Positions 44,798 to 53,211 of a stretch of DNA of 64,000 nt are shown here, one piece after another. The DNA comes from a virus (Duplodnaviria; Caudoviricetes): IMG/VR virus record IMGVR_UViG_3300017913_002030, positions 19,939 to 83,938 of that record; one strand, 5' to 3'. The notes beneath the pieces were generated by a model. It saw only the letters and a list, made by a program, of their open reading frames with translations, did no database searches and had not been told where the DNA came from. The translations under genes and the position numbers were made by a program. The stretch's first letter is position 1. Each line of letters starts with the position of its first letter.

Positions 44798-46015
44798 TTA
44801 AAAATTAATATATGAGAAAACGAATCTATGATTAGAACTACTAGTTTCGTCTGCACAACCATAGTGAACAATAGTTGTTTCACTAATCTTTTCGAATGGG
44901 AAGTGAGACATAGGTTTTACGTCTTTACCCCCATCTGATAGGCTAAATGATATACCTGAAGAAGATGCAGGTGAGACGACAGGACGCAGATCAACTATTT
45001 TACCGATGTACATTTTGTAATCATGATTGTCTGTTGTGTTATCATAATTCGATGTCCAAGAGTGACTGTGCCCTGCTATGTAGATGAACGTGTTCGGATC
45101 ATCGTTTCCTGTCTGGTGCCAGTTAGCATAGTAGCCTAGCATTCCATCATTTTGACCAAGAGACGAAATCCATGTTCCTTCAATGGTAGAAGTATGCCCA
45201 GCAAGATTATATTCGTCTCCCGAACTCATTAGATAAATAGTGTCGTTATCCAAAGCCATTCCCGGCGGAGTAGACATTGATTCAGTATGTTGAACAACTG
45301 TCGCCGATGGGTTTGAGCCAAAGACCATTTTAAACACTTGACGGATTGGTCTGTAACTCATTCTTTCAGTGCCATAGTTTTCAGTTCTATAAGACCAAAT
45401 TGCAAACCATCCGCCAACTTTAGATTGTGTAAATGAAAAGTTATATCCGTACTTTGCCTCATTATCAAGCAAACTAGTGCTGGTGTAAATGTTTTCTTTG
45501 CTAAATGTAGTGCCATCCCACAATAATTGGTCAATATATCCGTAACGATCTGAGCCTACATAAGAAAGTCCAACAACCCCATCTTCAATATGAGAAATCC
45601 CTAATTGTGCGTTTGCCAAAATTTCACCGTACATTGCACAGTTAAGTGCTATAGCAGGTGCTACTTGAGACATTGCCTTAGTTGTTGGATCAATGTGGAT
45701 CAAAAACGCGTAAGCCGTAGCTCCAAAAAGACGTGTAATGACTACGTGATCATCATCCATTTTCGCACAGTCGAAAGAAGCATGACCATTGCCGCACTCA
45801 AGACCGACTAGAATTTCAGATCGGATAATTGTTGATACAGGAGTTTCTGTATCTTCGCCCGAAATTGATACCAATGTACCAAACGTATATCCAGGGTTAT
45901 ACTGAGAGTGAACTGTGAAATATACACCAGAGGACATCATACAAACATCACCACTACGAAGATCGCGAATAGACCCACCGTCTACTGGTAAAGGTGAAAG
46001 TGTTACTTCTGCCAT
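44798..46015 (-). CDS. Hypothetical beta-rich protein, possibly virion-associated
   Basis: 405 aa; composition and context next to a fibre-like gene. Confidence 0.65.
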   Translation of the reverse strand: MAEVTLSPLPVDGGSIRDLRSGDVCMMSSGVYFTVHSQYNPGYTFGTLVSISGEDTETPVSTIIRSEILVGLECGNGHASFDCAKMDDDHVVITRLFGATAYAFLIHIDPTTKAMSQVAPAIALNCAMYGEILANAQLGISHIEDGVVGLSYVGSDRYGYIDQLLWDGTTFSKENIYTSTSLLDNEAKYGYNFSFTQSKVGGWFAIWSYRTENYGTERMSYRPIRQVFKMVFGSNPSATVVQHTESMSTPPGMALDNDTIYLMSSGDEYNLAGHTSTIEGTWISSLGQNDGMLGYYANWHQTGNDDPNTFIYIAGHSHSWTSNYDNTTDNHDYKMYIGKIVDLRPVVSPASSSGISFSLSDGGKDVKPMSHFPFEKISETTIVHYGCADETSSSNHRFVFSYINF

Positions 46016-46044
46016 TTTTGTAATTCCTTAAAATTTATTAGTAT

Positions 46045-46554
46045 TTATGGTTGATCGTATTGAACAACCGCTGAGTTAATTGTTACTGTAACTGAAGTTG
46101 TTTCAGTGTTTGACGCACCGAACCATCCGGTATTGTATGCATTATCAGAATCATACTGTGTTGAAGTGACAGTATCAGAGACATTATTCAGTGTAATACT
46201 AGACTTACCAAACCATCCAGTATCATATGCGTTTTCGGCATCATATTGTGCCGAAGTGACTGTCTCAGAGACATTATTCAGTGTAATACTAGACTTACCA
46301 AACCATCCAGTATTGTATGCATTATCAGGATCGTACTGTGCTGAAGTAGCGGATTCAGAAATGCTGCTTAATGCGATACCAGACTTACCAAACCATCCAG
46401 TATTGTATGCATTATCAGAATCATACTGTGTTGAATCAACTTCGAATGATACTGAAGAAACTGCTTTAAAATCTTGGACATCTTTGTCAAACCATCCTAT
46501 GCCATATAGACTTAGTGTGGTTTGAGTTACAGATGTTAAGTGACGTGTACGCAT
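46045..46554 (-). CDS. Ser/Thr-rich tandem-repeat protein (30-aa repeat)
   Basis: QYD[SPA][DE]NAY[ND]TGWFG occurs four times. Confidence 0.75.
   Translation of the reverse strand: MRTRHLTSVTQTTLSLYGIGWFDKDVQDFKAVSSVSFEVDSTQYDSDNAYNTGWFGKSGIALSSISESATSAQYDPDNAYNTGWFGKSSITLNNVSETVTSAQYDAENAYDTGWFGKSSITLNNVSDTVTSTQYDSDNAYNTGWFGASNTETTSVTVTINSAVVQYDQP
46121..46437 (-). repeat. About 3.5 tandem 90-nt coding repeats
   Basis: AACCATCC[AG]GTAT at 46121, 46211, 46301 and 46391. Confidence 0.95.
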
Positions 46555-46575
46555 AACATCTTATCTCCTTTAGTA

Positions 46576-47283
46576 TTATACTACAAGCGCAGTTCCAATG
46601 AACGCAGCGTAACAAGTAGTACCTACTTTCCAGATGTTAACTAGGTGTACGCCGGTCGGGCTCGAAACATCAGGTATTTCACCACCTACCCAAGCAAGAT
46701 TGCTTGGCCAAGTAATTGCAGAGCCCGAACTATTTGTAAGATGTAGAGTTAAAGATTCGCCTGAAGACCAAGAGTTATGCAACTCATATACAGTATCGCC
46801 AGAAACAACGTGATTGACCATGCTTCCTGCTTTAGGATTCAACGATATCTGTTGACCCAGTTCTGTATATACGCCTTCACAATAATTCGGCGCAACGACA
46901 GTATTATTGAAATTCCATCCTGCATTCGCCAATTTACTATTAATGCCATCTTCGATCGCCTGTGCCAGTGCGACTGGATCGATTCCGGTTTCACGTGCGG
47001 TAACATATGCAACATCTACAATCTGTTCAATGATCGTTTCAACCTGATCACTAGTTAGTTGATCTACAGATTGTCTCTGTTGTACAAATTCAGCATCTAC
47101 TACGGTTTCAATTAATGACGTTACTGCCTCTTGTGATAGACCGCCACCGGCACCGCCACCTACATTTGTTAAACCAGAACCGTCGCCAAAGAATGCTGTT
47201 GCGGTAACGGAACCAGACGATACAGTGTCGCCCGAAACTTCCATACCATTAGAGACGATAAATTTTTTATTATCTCCCGCCAT
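46576..47283 (-). CDS. Tail fibre-like protein
   Basis: VTATAFFGDGSGLTNV motif; C-terminal SLTLHLTN...ITWPSNLAWVGGEIP...VNIW domain typical of marine phage fibres. Confidence 0.65.
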   Translation of the reverse strand: MAGDNKKFIVSNGMEVSGDTVSSGSVTATAFFGDGSGLTNVGGGAGGGLSQEAVTSLIETVVDAEFVQQRQSVDQLTSDQVETIIEQIVDVAYVTARETGIDPVALAQAIEDGINSKLANAGWNFNNTVVAPNYCEGVYTELGQQISLNPKAGSMVNHVVSGDTVYELHNSWSSGESLTLHLTNSSGSAITWPSNLAWVGGEIPDVSSPTGVHLVNIWKVGTTCYAAFIGTALVV

Positions 47284-47294
47284 GTGTTAGCTCC

Positions 47295-47537
47295 CTAAAC
47301 GTTGATTGTGTTGTCTTTTCCCGAATTCTTTTTAATTCTGGTCAGATGGTCTTGCCAGTCTCTACCGGCCATTGCCATCGCGTCTTTAGTGCCAGACACA
47401 AGCTTAGGTGCGGAAGATGATGGATAGTATCTTTCCCATTCGGGGTTTTGTTTTTTCCACTCATTGTATTCAGATAACCGGAGAGTCACTTCCATAACTT
47501 CTCCGGTCTCTAAATTTTTAAAATCATACTGTGGCAT
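47295..47537 (-). CDS. FmdB-like small protein lacking the Zn cysteines
   Basis: MPQYDFKNLETGEV...WQDHLTRIKK..G..NTIN. Confidence 0.7.
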   Translation of the reverse strand: MPQYDFKNLETGEVMEVTLRLSEYNEWKKQNPEWERYYPSSSAPKLVSGTKDAMAMAGRDWQDHLTRIKKNSGKDNTINV

Positions 47538-47545
47538 TATTTATA
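47538..47545 (-). promoter_or_regulatory. Late promoter TATAAATA abutting ATG 47537; probably serves the 47283-44798 genes
   Basis: Exact consensus. Confidence 0.65.
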
Positions 47546-47613
47546 CATTCCAAAGCGTTCAATTCATTACGACGGAGATCTCACTTCGTCTCCGAAGAGA
47601 TGATCACCTCCTA

Positions 47614-47778
47614 TTAAGAAGATTTGTTATTGGTTTCAAGCAAAGAACAATAGTATGATAGAGGCTGCTCAGGCCTCTTCATCGTGCTCTGCGAGTATAT
47701 CGCTTGTCTCCTGTTGTTATGAACGAACTTCTGTAGTTCATTGATATCTTGATTTAACTTCTCTTCTAGGATCGACAT
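47614..47778 (-). CDS. 54-aa hypothetical ORF (MSILEEKLNQDINELQKFVH) overlapping a hairpin-rich region
   Basis: RBS AAGGAG; 3' half lies in several hairpins. Confidence 0.45.
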   Translation of the reverse strand: MSILEEKLNQDINELQKFVHNNRRQAIYSQSTMKRPEQPLSYYCSLLETNNKSS

Positions 47779-47818
47779 AGGTACTCCTTTTTTATAGTTT
47801 AATAGTGTCGAAAAGAAC

Positions 47819-48250
47819 TTACTGCTGAATCAAATCTGGGAATGCCTCCTGTACTATTTTTTTGGTGATGTAACGAACGGGTGGTTTCTTTGCCACCATT
47901 TTGAGAACATATTCAGCGTCTTCCGGATGAATACCTTCTAACAACTGAATAAATTTATTTTCTCTTTTGTATGCCGGCAGTTGATCTCCTATACCGCCAT
48001 GCACAAAAAACCCGAACTCACGATGCAACTTTAATAAAGTTCCAGGCGTAGATTCGGGTCGATTTGGTGTGAACGGAGGGCGTCCTTCAGGTAGATTAAA
48101 TACGAGAGACTCATCGAATGCTCCTCGTAGAATATCTTTGAACGCCCACACGTCCGAGTATTTTTTCAAAACATCTAATCTTTCTTCACGAGAGTCCGCT
48201 TTTTTGTACTCCTCGAAGATCTCAAAGACTTCTTTATGAATGGTAAACAT
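47819..48250 (-). CDS. Conserved T4-like phage hypothetical protein
   Basis: ILRGAFDESLVFNLPEGRPPF...RENKFIQLLEGIHPEDAE motif. Confidence 0.8.
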   Translation of the reverse strand: MFTIHKEVFEIFEEYKKADSREERLDVLKKYSDVWAFKDILRGAFDESLVFNLPEGRPPFTPNRPESTPGTLLKLHREFGFFVHGGIGDQLPAYKRENKFIQLLEGIHPEDAEYVLKMVAKKPPVRYITKKIVQEAFPDLIQQ

Positions 48251-48251
48251 A

Positions 48252-48521
48252 TTATGCCTTCTCAATGTGATAACAGACGTATCGCTTCCTCTCTATGAGT
48301 ATTTCTTGTTTTGTTGTGCACTTAAACAAGAATTGTCTTAGTCCGATATCATAACTAATAATTGTATTGCGATCTTGTCCAGTCTTTCGTTCGAGATGAG
48401 CGATGTGTCTGTCTTTTTGATCGATCACTTTTATATATTCATCATGTAACTTCGCTGTACCTGCAAGCCAGAGTAAGGAGCACAGCAAGGCAGTTACGCC
48501 TATGGTATATAAAGTGCGCAT
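48252..48521 (-). CDS. Signal-anchored coiled-coil protein
   Basis: N-terminal TM segment followed by a helix; late promoter at 48544-48551. Confidence 0.6.
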   Translation of the reverse strand: MRTLYTIGVTALLCSLLWLAGTAKLHDEYIKVIDQKDRHIAHLERKTGQDRNTIISYDIGLRQFLFKCTTKQEILIERKRYVCYHIEKA

Positions 48522-48543
48522 TAGACTCTCCTCCGTCTACAAT

Positions 48544-48551
48544 TATTTATA
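48544..48551 (-). promoter_or_regulatory. Late promoter TATAAATA
   Basis: Exact consensus upstream of 48521. Confidence 0.7.
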
Positions 48552-48564
48552 GACGGAAGGGTCT

Positions 48565-48765
48565 TTAATCAGGTAGTTTATCTACTTTTGTTTTAACGAA
48601 TGTGCGTCCCTTCGTACTAAACAAACGCGTCACGAAAGGGATGAAGGGCGCGCCCTCTTCGGTCTGATAACCGTGAAGGTGCGTGTTGCGTTCGGACGTG
48701 TAGTAGATGTAGTTACTCGCACGTCCCTCCCATTCAGTTGTTTCTACCAGTTTATTATAACTCAT
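48565..48765 (-). CDS. Hypothetical protein
   Basis: 66-aa ORF; LVETTEW...NYIYY motif. Confidence 0.65.
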   Translation of the reverse strand: MSYNKLVETTEWEGRASNYIYYTSERNTHLHGYQTEEGAPFIPFVTRLFSTKGRTFVKTKVDKLPD

Positions 48766-48947
48766 TAATAACCTCCGCTGTTAAACCAGCCTTTACCTTT
48801 CAATTGAAACCCATTGCCGCCAGTGATGACTTTTTTGAGTTCTTCTTTTTTACACTTAGGACAAACACGTAGAGGTCCGTCCGAAATCTTTTGCATACGG
48901 TCAAATTCATGACCGCATGACTCACAACGATAACTATACGTCGGCAT
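48765..48947 (-). CDS. FmdB family zinc-ribbon protein
   Basis: MPTYSYRCESCGHEFD...CPKCK...FQLKGKGWF. Confidence 0.9.
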   Translation of the reverse strand: MPTYSYRCESCGHEFDRMQKISDGPLRVCPKCKKEELKKVITGGNGFQLKGKGWFNSGGY

Positions 48948-49143
48948 CTAACATATCTCTAATTAATTCAATTGAATATTGAAGCCCATTGATCTCACCC
49001 TCAAGTAACATCCATGATGTCTTACGATTCTCAATTCTGGTACTAGCAAGAACTTCATCGTGTATTATGTCGATATGAGATTGACGATACTTAACCTCTC
49101 TCAACCTCTCTTCGAGTCTGGCAAGTAGTAACTCAGTATTCAT
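48934..49143 (-). CDS. Hypothetical protein
   Basis: 69-aa ORF. Confidence 0.55.
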   Translation of the reverse strand: MNTELLLARLEERLREVKYRQSHIDIIHDEVLASTRIENRKTSWMLLEGEINGLQYSIELIRDMLDADV

Positions 49144-49601
49144 GCGACTTTTGTATAATCCGAATACGAGTACTTAGCAAATTCACGTAATGCCTCGGAA
49201 GATATATCACACAGATATGATACGGCAGGCTGATCTAGATCGATGCCTAGTCTAGACTTATTGAATGCGCGAAATCTATGCGACTCGAAATCTGGACTTA
49301 CCGTAAAGATCTTACCTCCCGCTTCGTGACTAGGGTCATACTTGGGGGGAATTGAAACGAAATAATTCATACTAACGTTTCTTAATTTACGCTCTTGTTT
49401 TGGATCAACAGCAAAACAATTGCCCATGACATATATCTGCTGTGTTTTGATTTCTACAGAAAGACCGTCTACATAGGCATCTTGTATAGAGTCGTACGGG
49501 TTGACCGAAAGGATCACTTCGTGACCCCTCCGATTTAATTGATTTGCAACCTCGCACTCCCCAATTCGTCCTATGATTATATTCAGTTGCTCTTCGGTCA
49601 T
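49140..49601 (-). CDS. PD-(D/E)xK nuclease-like protein
   Basis: GRIGECEVANQL and QDAYVDGLSVEIKTQ motifs; ATG overlaps the DUF932 stop. Confidence 0.6.
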   Translation of the reverse strand: MTEEQLNIIIGRIGECEVANQLNRRGHEVILSVNPYDSIQDAYVDGLSVEIKTQQIYVMGNCFAVDPKQERKLRNVSMNYFVSIPPKYDPSHEAGGKIFTVSPDFESHRFRAFNKSRLGIDLDQPAVSYLCDISSEALREFAKYSYSDYTKVA

Positions 49602-50557
49602 TATGCTGCCACCGCCATTTCTACTGCGAGTTCCGCAGCCTTCTTCTTCTTGACACCGTTGGCACCGTACCATGCAGAAGTCATACGACCGTCCGCAGAA
49701 CGACCCAACTGGTGGTCAGTCAAGTAGGTCACAGAGTTGAATGCTTGCCACCATGAACCGCGACCGAACTCAGCGCCTGGCTGTGTCTCCAACAACTCGT
49801 ATGCCTTCTTCGCGTTAGGTGCGAGGTCTTTGTACTCACGTACCTCATCCGCAGGAGACTGTGATGGGAACAGAGAGTTGTAGTACTGAATCAACGTCTC
49901 TGACGTGAACTGCTTGGATGACAAGAACTGCGCCATCTCTTTGTACTGGTCAAACTTTTCATGAGCAAGACCCAAGTGTTGCTTGACCATCTGAGGATCG
50001 AAGGCACGACGGTGATTGACCTTGATACCGTTGTTCGCAGAACCCTTGAGAGCGAGAGACAAAGTATTCATACAGGTCACACGGATTGGAGTGAATCGGA
50101 TATCGATCGACTTGCCGTACTCGTGTGGGTTAGAGAACAGAAGGTATGAGTCCACTTGGTCGCCCTTCAGAACGTCGAACGACTCTTTGATCTTCGCGAG
50201 TGCGTAGACGAACTTACCACCCTTGAGTGAACCCGCAGAGTTCATCTCCATGTCACCAGCGGCGCAGTACTCGTTGAAGAACGTAAACGCCTCAAGGTTC
50301 TGACAAGGTTCCCAGTTACCACCCACCTGAGTGAGAACTGCGTTGTCAGAAGAACGCACCAGCGCCTCCATACCCGTAGGGATCAGATCGACGCCCTCTT
50401 TCGCAGCGTAGGTTGGGACTTTTTCTACCGTCCAGTCTACACCCGCTTTTTCCATCATTTGCATCGGAGTCATGTCATTAGACACCTCAGTACCGATACC
50501 CCAAGGACATCCACCAGCAACGGCAGCAGTTTCGATTTGCAAAATATCATTCATCAT
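49601..50557 (-). CDS. DUF932 family protein (TIGR03299-like)
   Basis: PW..GT.V, SAGSLKGGKFV, YLLFSNPH, FTPIRVTCMNTL and SWWQAFNSVTY..DH motifs. Confidence 0.9.
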   Translation of the reverse strand: MMNDILQIETAAVAGGCPWGIGTEVSNDMTPMQMMEKAGVDWTVEKVPTYAAKEGVDLIPTGMEALVRSSDNAVLTQVGGNWEPCQNLEAFTFFNEYCAAGDMEMNSAGSLKGGKFVYALAKIKESFDVLKGDQVDSYLLFSNPHEYGKSIDIRFTPIRVTCMNTLSLALKGSANNGIKVNHRRAFDPQMVKQHLGLAHEKFDQYKEMAQFLSSKQFTSETLIQYYNSLFPSQSPADEVREYKDLAPNAKKAYELLETQPGAEFGRGSWWQAFNSVTYLTDHQLGRSADGRMTSAWYGANGVKKKKAAELAVEMAVAA

Positions 50558-50760
50558 TATATAAACTCCGGTCTGTACTTTTCAAACAATTCTTTAGCTT
50601 GGGCACCGAACCCAGCCTCTTCGAGACGCTCCATCATGACGCGAATCTTATGGGCCTCATCGCGACCCTTGGTGTAGTAGCGATGATCATCGCTGTAGTG
50701 ATAAGTCCAATCATGTTTTTGCAACATGAGTTCAAACAAATCCATTTCTACCTGACTCAT
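50557..50760 (-). CDS. Hypothetical protein
   Basis: LQKHDWTYHYSDDHRYY motif. Confidence 0.75.
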   Translation of the reverse strand: MSQVEMDLFELMLQKHDWTYHYSDDHRYYTKGRDEAHKIRVMMERLEEAGFGAQAKELFEKYRPEFI

Positions 50761-51068
50761 TACGCAGCCTCCTTTCTCTCGCGGGCGTCTAAGATCATAT
50801 CGCGAACATATTCACGGTCAATAGTGTCCCCGTCAAAGTCAACAGAAGGACGATACTTGAATCGATCGATCATACCTTCACAGATCTCAACGATAGTGAA
50901 CTCGTAAGGGTAAATCGCCTCTTCACCGCAGTAGAACATTTGCATGTACTCGATGAAGTCAAGGACTTCGGCAACGGTCAGTTCTGGATCGTTGGGGCGG
51001 AATGCACAGCTGTAATACTCAGTAACAGCATGAATTTCTAAAATGTCACTCACAAAAATATCACTCAT
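50760..51068 (-). CDS. Hypothetical protein
   Basis: MFYC...IYP...FDGDTIDREYVRD motif. Confidence 0.7.
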   Translation of the reverse strand: MSDIFVSDILEIHAVTEYYSCAFRPNDPELTVAEVLDFIEYMQMFYCGEEAIYPYEFTIVEICEGMIDRFKYRPSVDFDGDTIDREYVRDMILDARERKEAA

Positions 51069-51070
51069 AA

Positions 51071-51271
51071 TTAAGACTCCTTAACCAATCGAACACGGGC
51101 CCAATCCCAACCACCTTCAACTTGCTCAATCAAACCCTTTTTCAACAAAGAATCACAAGTTCGACGGTAAAAGGGTTTGAACATACCAAACTCAAAATAG
51201 GCAACTTCATCATACTTGTCGGCTTCTTCGACCCACTGCATGAACTGTTGTTGGATCTTAGTCAATTTCAT
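51071..51271 (-). CDS. Small winged-helix-like hypothetical protein
   Basis: LTKIQQQF...RTCDSLLKKGLIE. Confidence 0.6.
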   Translation of the reverse strand: MKLTKIQQQFMQWVEEADKYDEVAYFEFGMFKPFYRRTCDSLLKKGLIEQVEGGWDWARVRLVKES

Positions 51272-51300
51272 ATCGATCTCTCATCTCAAATTACAAAGTA

Positions 51301-51365
51301 ATTATAACATGATTTTGAAACATGCGTCAACACATTTTGAAAACTTTTTTATGTGAATTTTCACA
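51301..51365 (-). promoter_or_regulatory. Early sigma70 promoter TTGACG-18-TATAAT with upstream palindrome
   Basis: Hexamers at 51330-51325 and 51306-51301; TGTGA-N4-TCACA at 51352-51365. Confidence 0.75.
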
Positions 51366-51366
51366 T

Positions 51367-51999
51367 TCAGACAATAGACCAATATCCATTTTTCACTAGA
51401 TCAATTAATCGATTGTTGGATAGTTTCGAGAAGATGAAATCTGCAAACTTACTAGTCATCTGATAGCGCGTATCAGGGTCGAAGTATAGAATTTCTACGT
51501 TCGCATCTTTAAAATCTAGATAAGACGTTTTAGGACAAGTTTTCGCAGATCCTGTTAGAGCGTTTCTTAACTGATCTGCTAGTCTAGACTCATTAAATCT
51601 GTAACGAAGAACATAAGAACACTTACCAGTTTCAGAGCACCAACCAGAATGATACATGTGAGGATTATTCTTTACATGTTTTTCGATCATCTCTTCATCC
51701 ATTGTCGATGACCAAGATGCCTTACCAGACATAGCGGCGACAGTCTTTACGCCTTGTTGCACTTCTGATTTGATCTCAACAGGCTCTCCAGTTTTACGCA
51801 TGATAGCATCATAACCATGTTTGTGGTCGTCATCTTCTAGTTCACAAAAATTCTCGATGACATAGCTTTCTCGATCGGTGCCACCGGCAGTCGCGAGAAT
51901 ATACTTTTCATGAGGACTTAAATCGTCATCATAATTAAAGGCATTAGCAGTTGTCGATTCTAATACTTCTTGATACCAATCATTTTTTTTAACGCACAT
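51367..51999 (-). CDS. Putative PD-(D/E)xK nuclease
   Basis: GYDAIMRKTGEPVEIKSE motif. Confidence 0.5.
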   Translation of the reverse strand: MCVKKNDWYQEVLESTTANAFNYDDDLSPHEKYILATAGGTDRESYVIENFCELEDDDHKHGYDAIMRKTGEPVEIKSEVQQGVKTVAAMSGKASWSSTMDEEMIEKHVKNNPHMYHSGWCSETGKCSYVLRYRFNESRLADQLRNALTGSAKTCPKTSYLDFKDANVEILYFDPDTRYQMTSKFADFIFSKLSNNRLIDLVKNGYWSIV

Positions 52000-52012
52000 A
52001 ATATTTCTCTCT

Positions 52013-52222
52013 CTAGTGAATTGTTACATTTTCTTTCATCATTAATAGATCACTTTCTTGTCGAGCGATTTCTTCTTTAATGACTTCAATTTGTTCATCG
52101 TGACTGAGACCGAGTTGCGAAAGTTCAATTGCGAACTCGATATCATTAGTGAAACCTTCAAGAAAGGCTTCGATTACCAATTCAAGTTGTTCGGCAACTT
52201 CACCTACTTGATACCACTTCAT
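52013..52222 (-). CDS. Hypothetical protein
   Basis: 69-aa ORF. Confidence 0.6.
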   Translation of the reverse strand: MKWYQVGEVAEQLELVIEAFLEGFTNDIEFAIELSQLGLSHDEQIEVIKEEIARQESDLLMMKENVTIH

Positions 52223-52662
52223 GCGGCCGCCTCATACTCGACATAAGTGAGCGAAAAGTCGTCGCCCTCTTGGAACTGCAACCAAGTGCGCTTGGCGACA
52301 GGGGTAAGATCGAAGAATGACTTCGACTCACGTGTGCAGTGTAGGGCATCGCCCGCCAGCACCGCGTAGGTGGGTTCTTCCCACTCCTGAACGTGGTCCG
52401 ACTCCACGAAGTCGATCGCATCGACAACGGACTCAGAGATGACGTACTCCTTAGAGTACTCAGAAGAGTGCTCGATGATTTTCGTCACCATCTCCCACCA
52501 CTGCGAATCAGCGACTTCCGCCGCAGACGCAGAGACGATATAGGTGTCACCACCCTTTGGCTTCCACCGCTGAGGGCACTCACCCTCACCGTCCCAATCA
52601 TGGGCACCGTAGTTCTCAAGAAACTGAGTTTGAAAAACAACACGAATAGACAGATTAGACAT
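52219..52662 (-). CDS. Conserved phage hypothetical protein
   Basis: TQFLENYGAHDWDGEGECPQRWKPKGGDTY motif. Confidence 0.8.
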   Translation of the reverse strand: MSNLSIRVVFQTQFLENYGAHDWDGEGECPQRWKPKGGDTYIVSASAAEVADSQWWEMVTKIIEHSSEYSKEYVISESVVDAIDFVESDHVQEWEEPTYAVLAGDALHCTRESKSFFDLTPVAKRTWLQFQEGDDFSLTYVEYEAAA

Positions 52663-52674
52663 AACAAAATCCTC

Positions 52675-52815
52675 TTAAGTATAAAGTAGACCGTAACCAA
52701 GCATGAAACCAAGTGCCATTCCCATGGCGATCAGAACACCCCAAGCAACAAACTCAGAGGAACCAACTTCACGCTTCTTTTCGGGGCGCGGACGATAATC
52801 TCTCATTACGCTCAT
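52675..52815 (-). CDS. 46-aa membrane peptide (MSVMRDYRPRPEKKREVGSSEFVAWGVLIAMGMALGFMLGYGLLYT)
   Basis: ATGA coupling; C-terminal TM segment. Confidence 0.55.
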   Translation of the reverse strand: MSVMRDYRPRPEKKREVGSSEFVAWGVLIAMGMALGFMLGYGLLYT

Positions 52816-52985
52816 TGCAGTGGGATCTCCATCTTAGGACCGACAAACTCAGCGAGTCGGCGTTCGACTTCTTGGAACATCAAAGTGTATTTGCGACCCT
52901 CAAGTTGACGAATGCGCATCGGGCACACTTCGTACTTCAGTTTCTCATCGTACATCGCAATCTTTTCTTCGTAGGTCATAATCAT
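52812..52985 (-). CDS. 57-aa hypothetical early protein (MIMTYEEKIAMYDEKLKY)
   Basis: GAGAGA leader behind a promoter. Confidence 0.6.
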   Translation of the reverse strand: MIMTYEEKIAMYDEKLKYEVCPMRIRQLEGRKYTLMFQEVERRLAEFVGPKMEIPLQ

Positions 52986-53008
52986 CTCTCATCTCAACTT
53001 ACACAGTA

Positions 53009-53063
53009 AGTATAGTTGTTTTGAAAATAAAAGTCAACACTTTTTTTGTGTGAATATTTCACA
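53009..53063 (-). promoter_or_regulatory. Early sigma70 promoter TTGACT-17-TATACT with upstream palindrome
   Basis: Hexamers at 53037-53032 and 53014-53009; TGTGA-N5-TCACA at 53049-53063. Confidence 0.75.
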
Positions 53064-53211
53064 CGATCTCCTTTACTTTACAGTACTCTTCTGACATGCG
53101 TTTGATTTCGAGGACCTTACCGCCATCGACCACGATGACAGTTTCGCCGATCTCAAGACCGGCCGAGAAAAAGTTTTGTGAAACACAGTCGTAAGATAAA
53201 GTCATAATCAT
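53059..53211 (-). CDS. 50-aa hypothetical protein (MIMTLSYDCVSQNFFSAGLEIGETV)
   Basis: RBS TAAGGAGG. Confidence 0.55.
   Translation of the reverse strand: MIMTLSYDCVSQNFFSAGLEIGETVIVVDGGKVLEIKRMSEEYCKVKEIV

Noticed and set aside
46121-46437. 90-nt repeats as a CRISPR array or a DGR template/variable repeat pair
   Set aside because: The repeats are contiguous and in frame, with no unique spacers; differences are not adenine-specific; no reverse transcriptase or cas gene is in the window.
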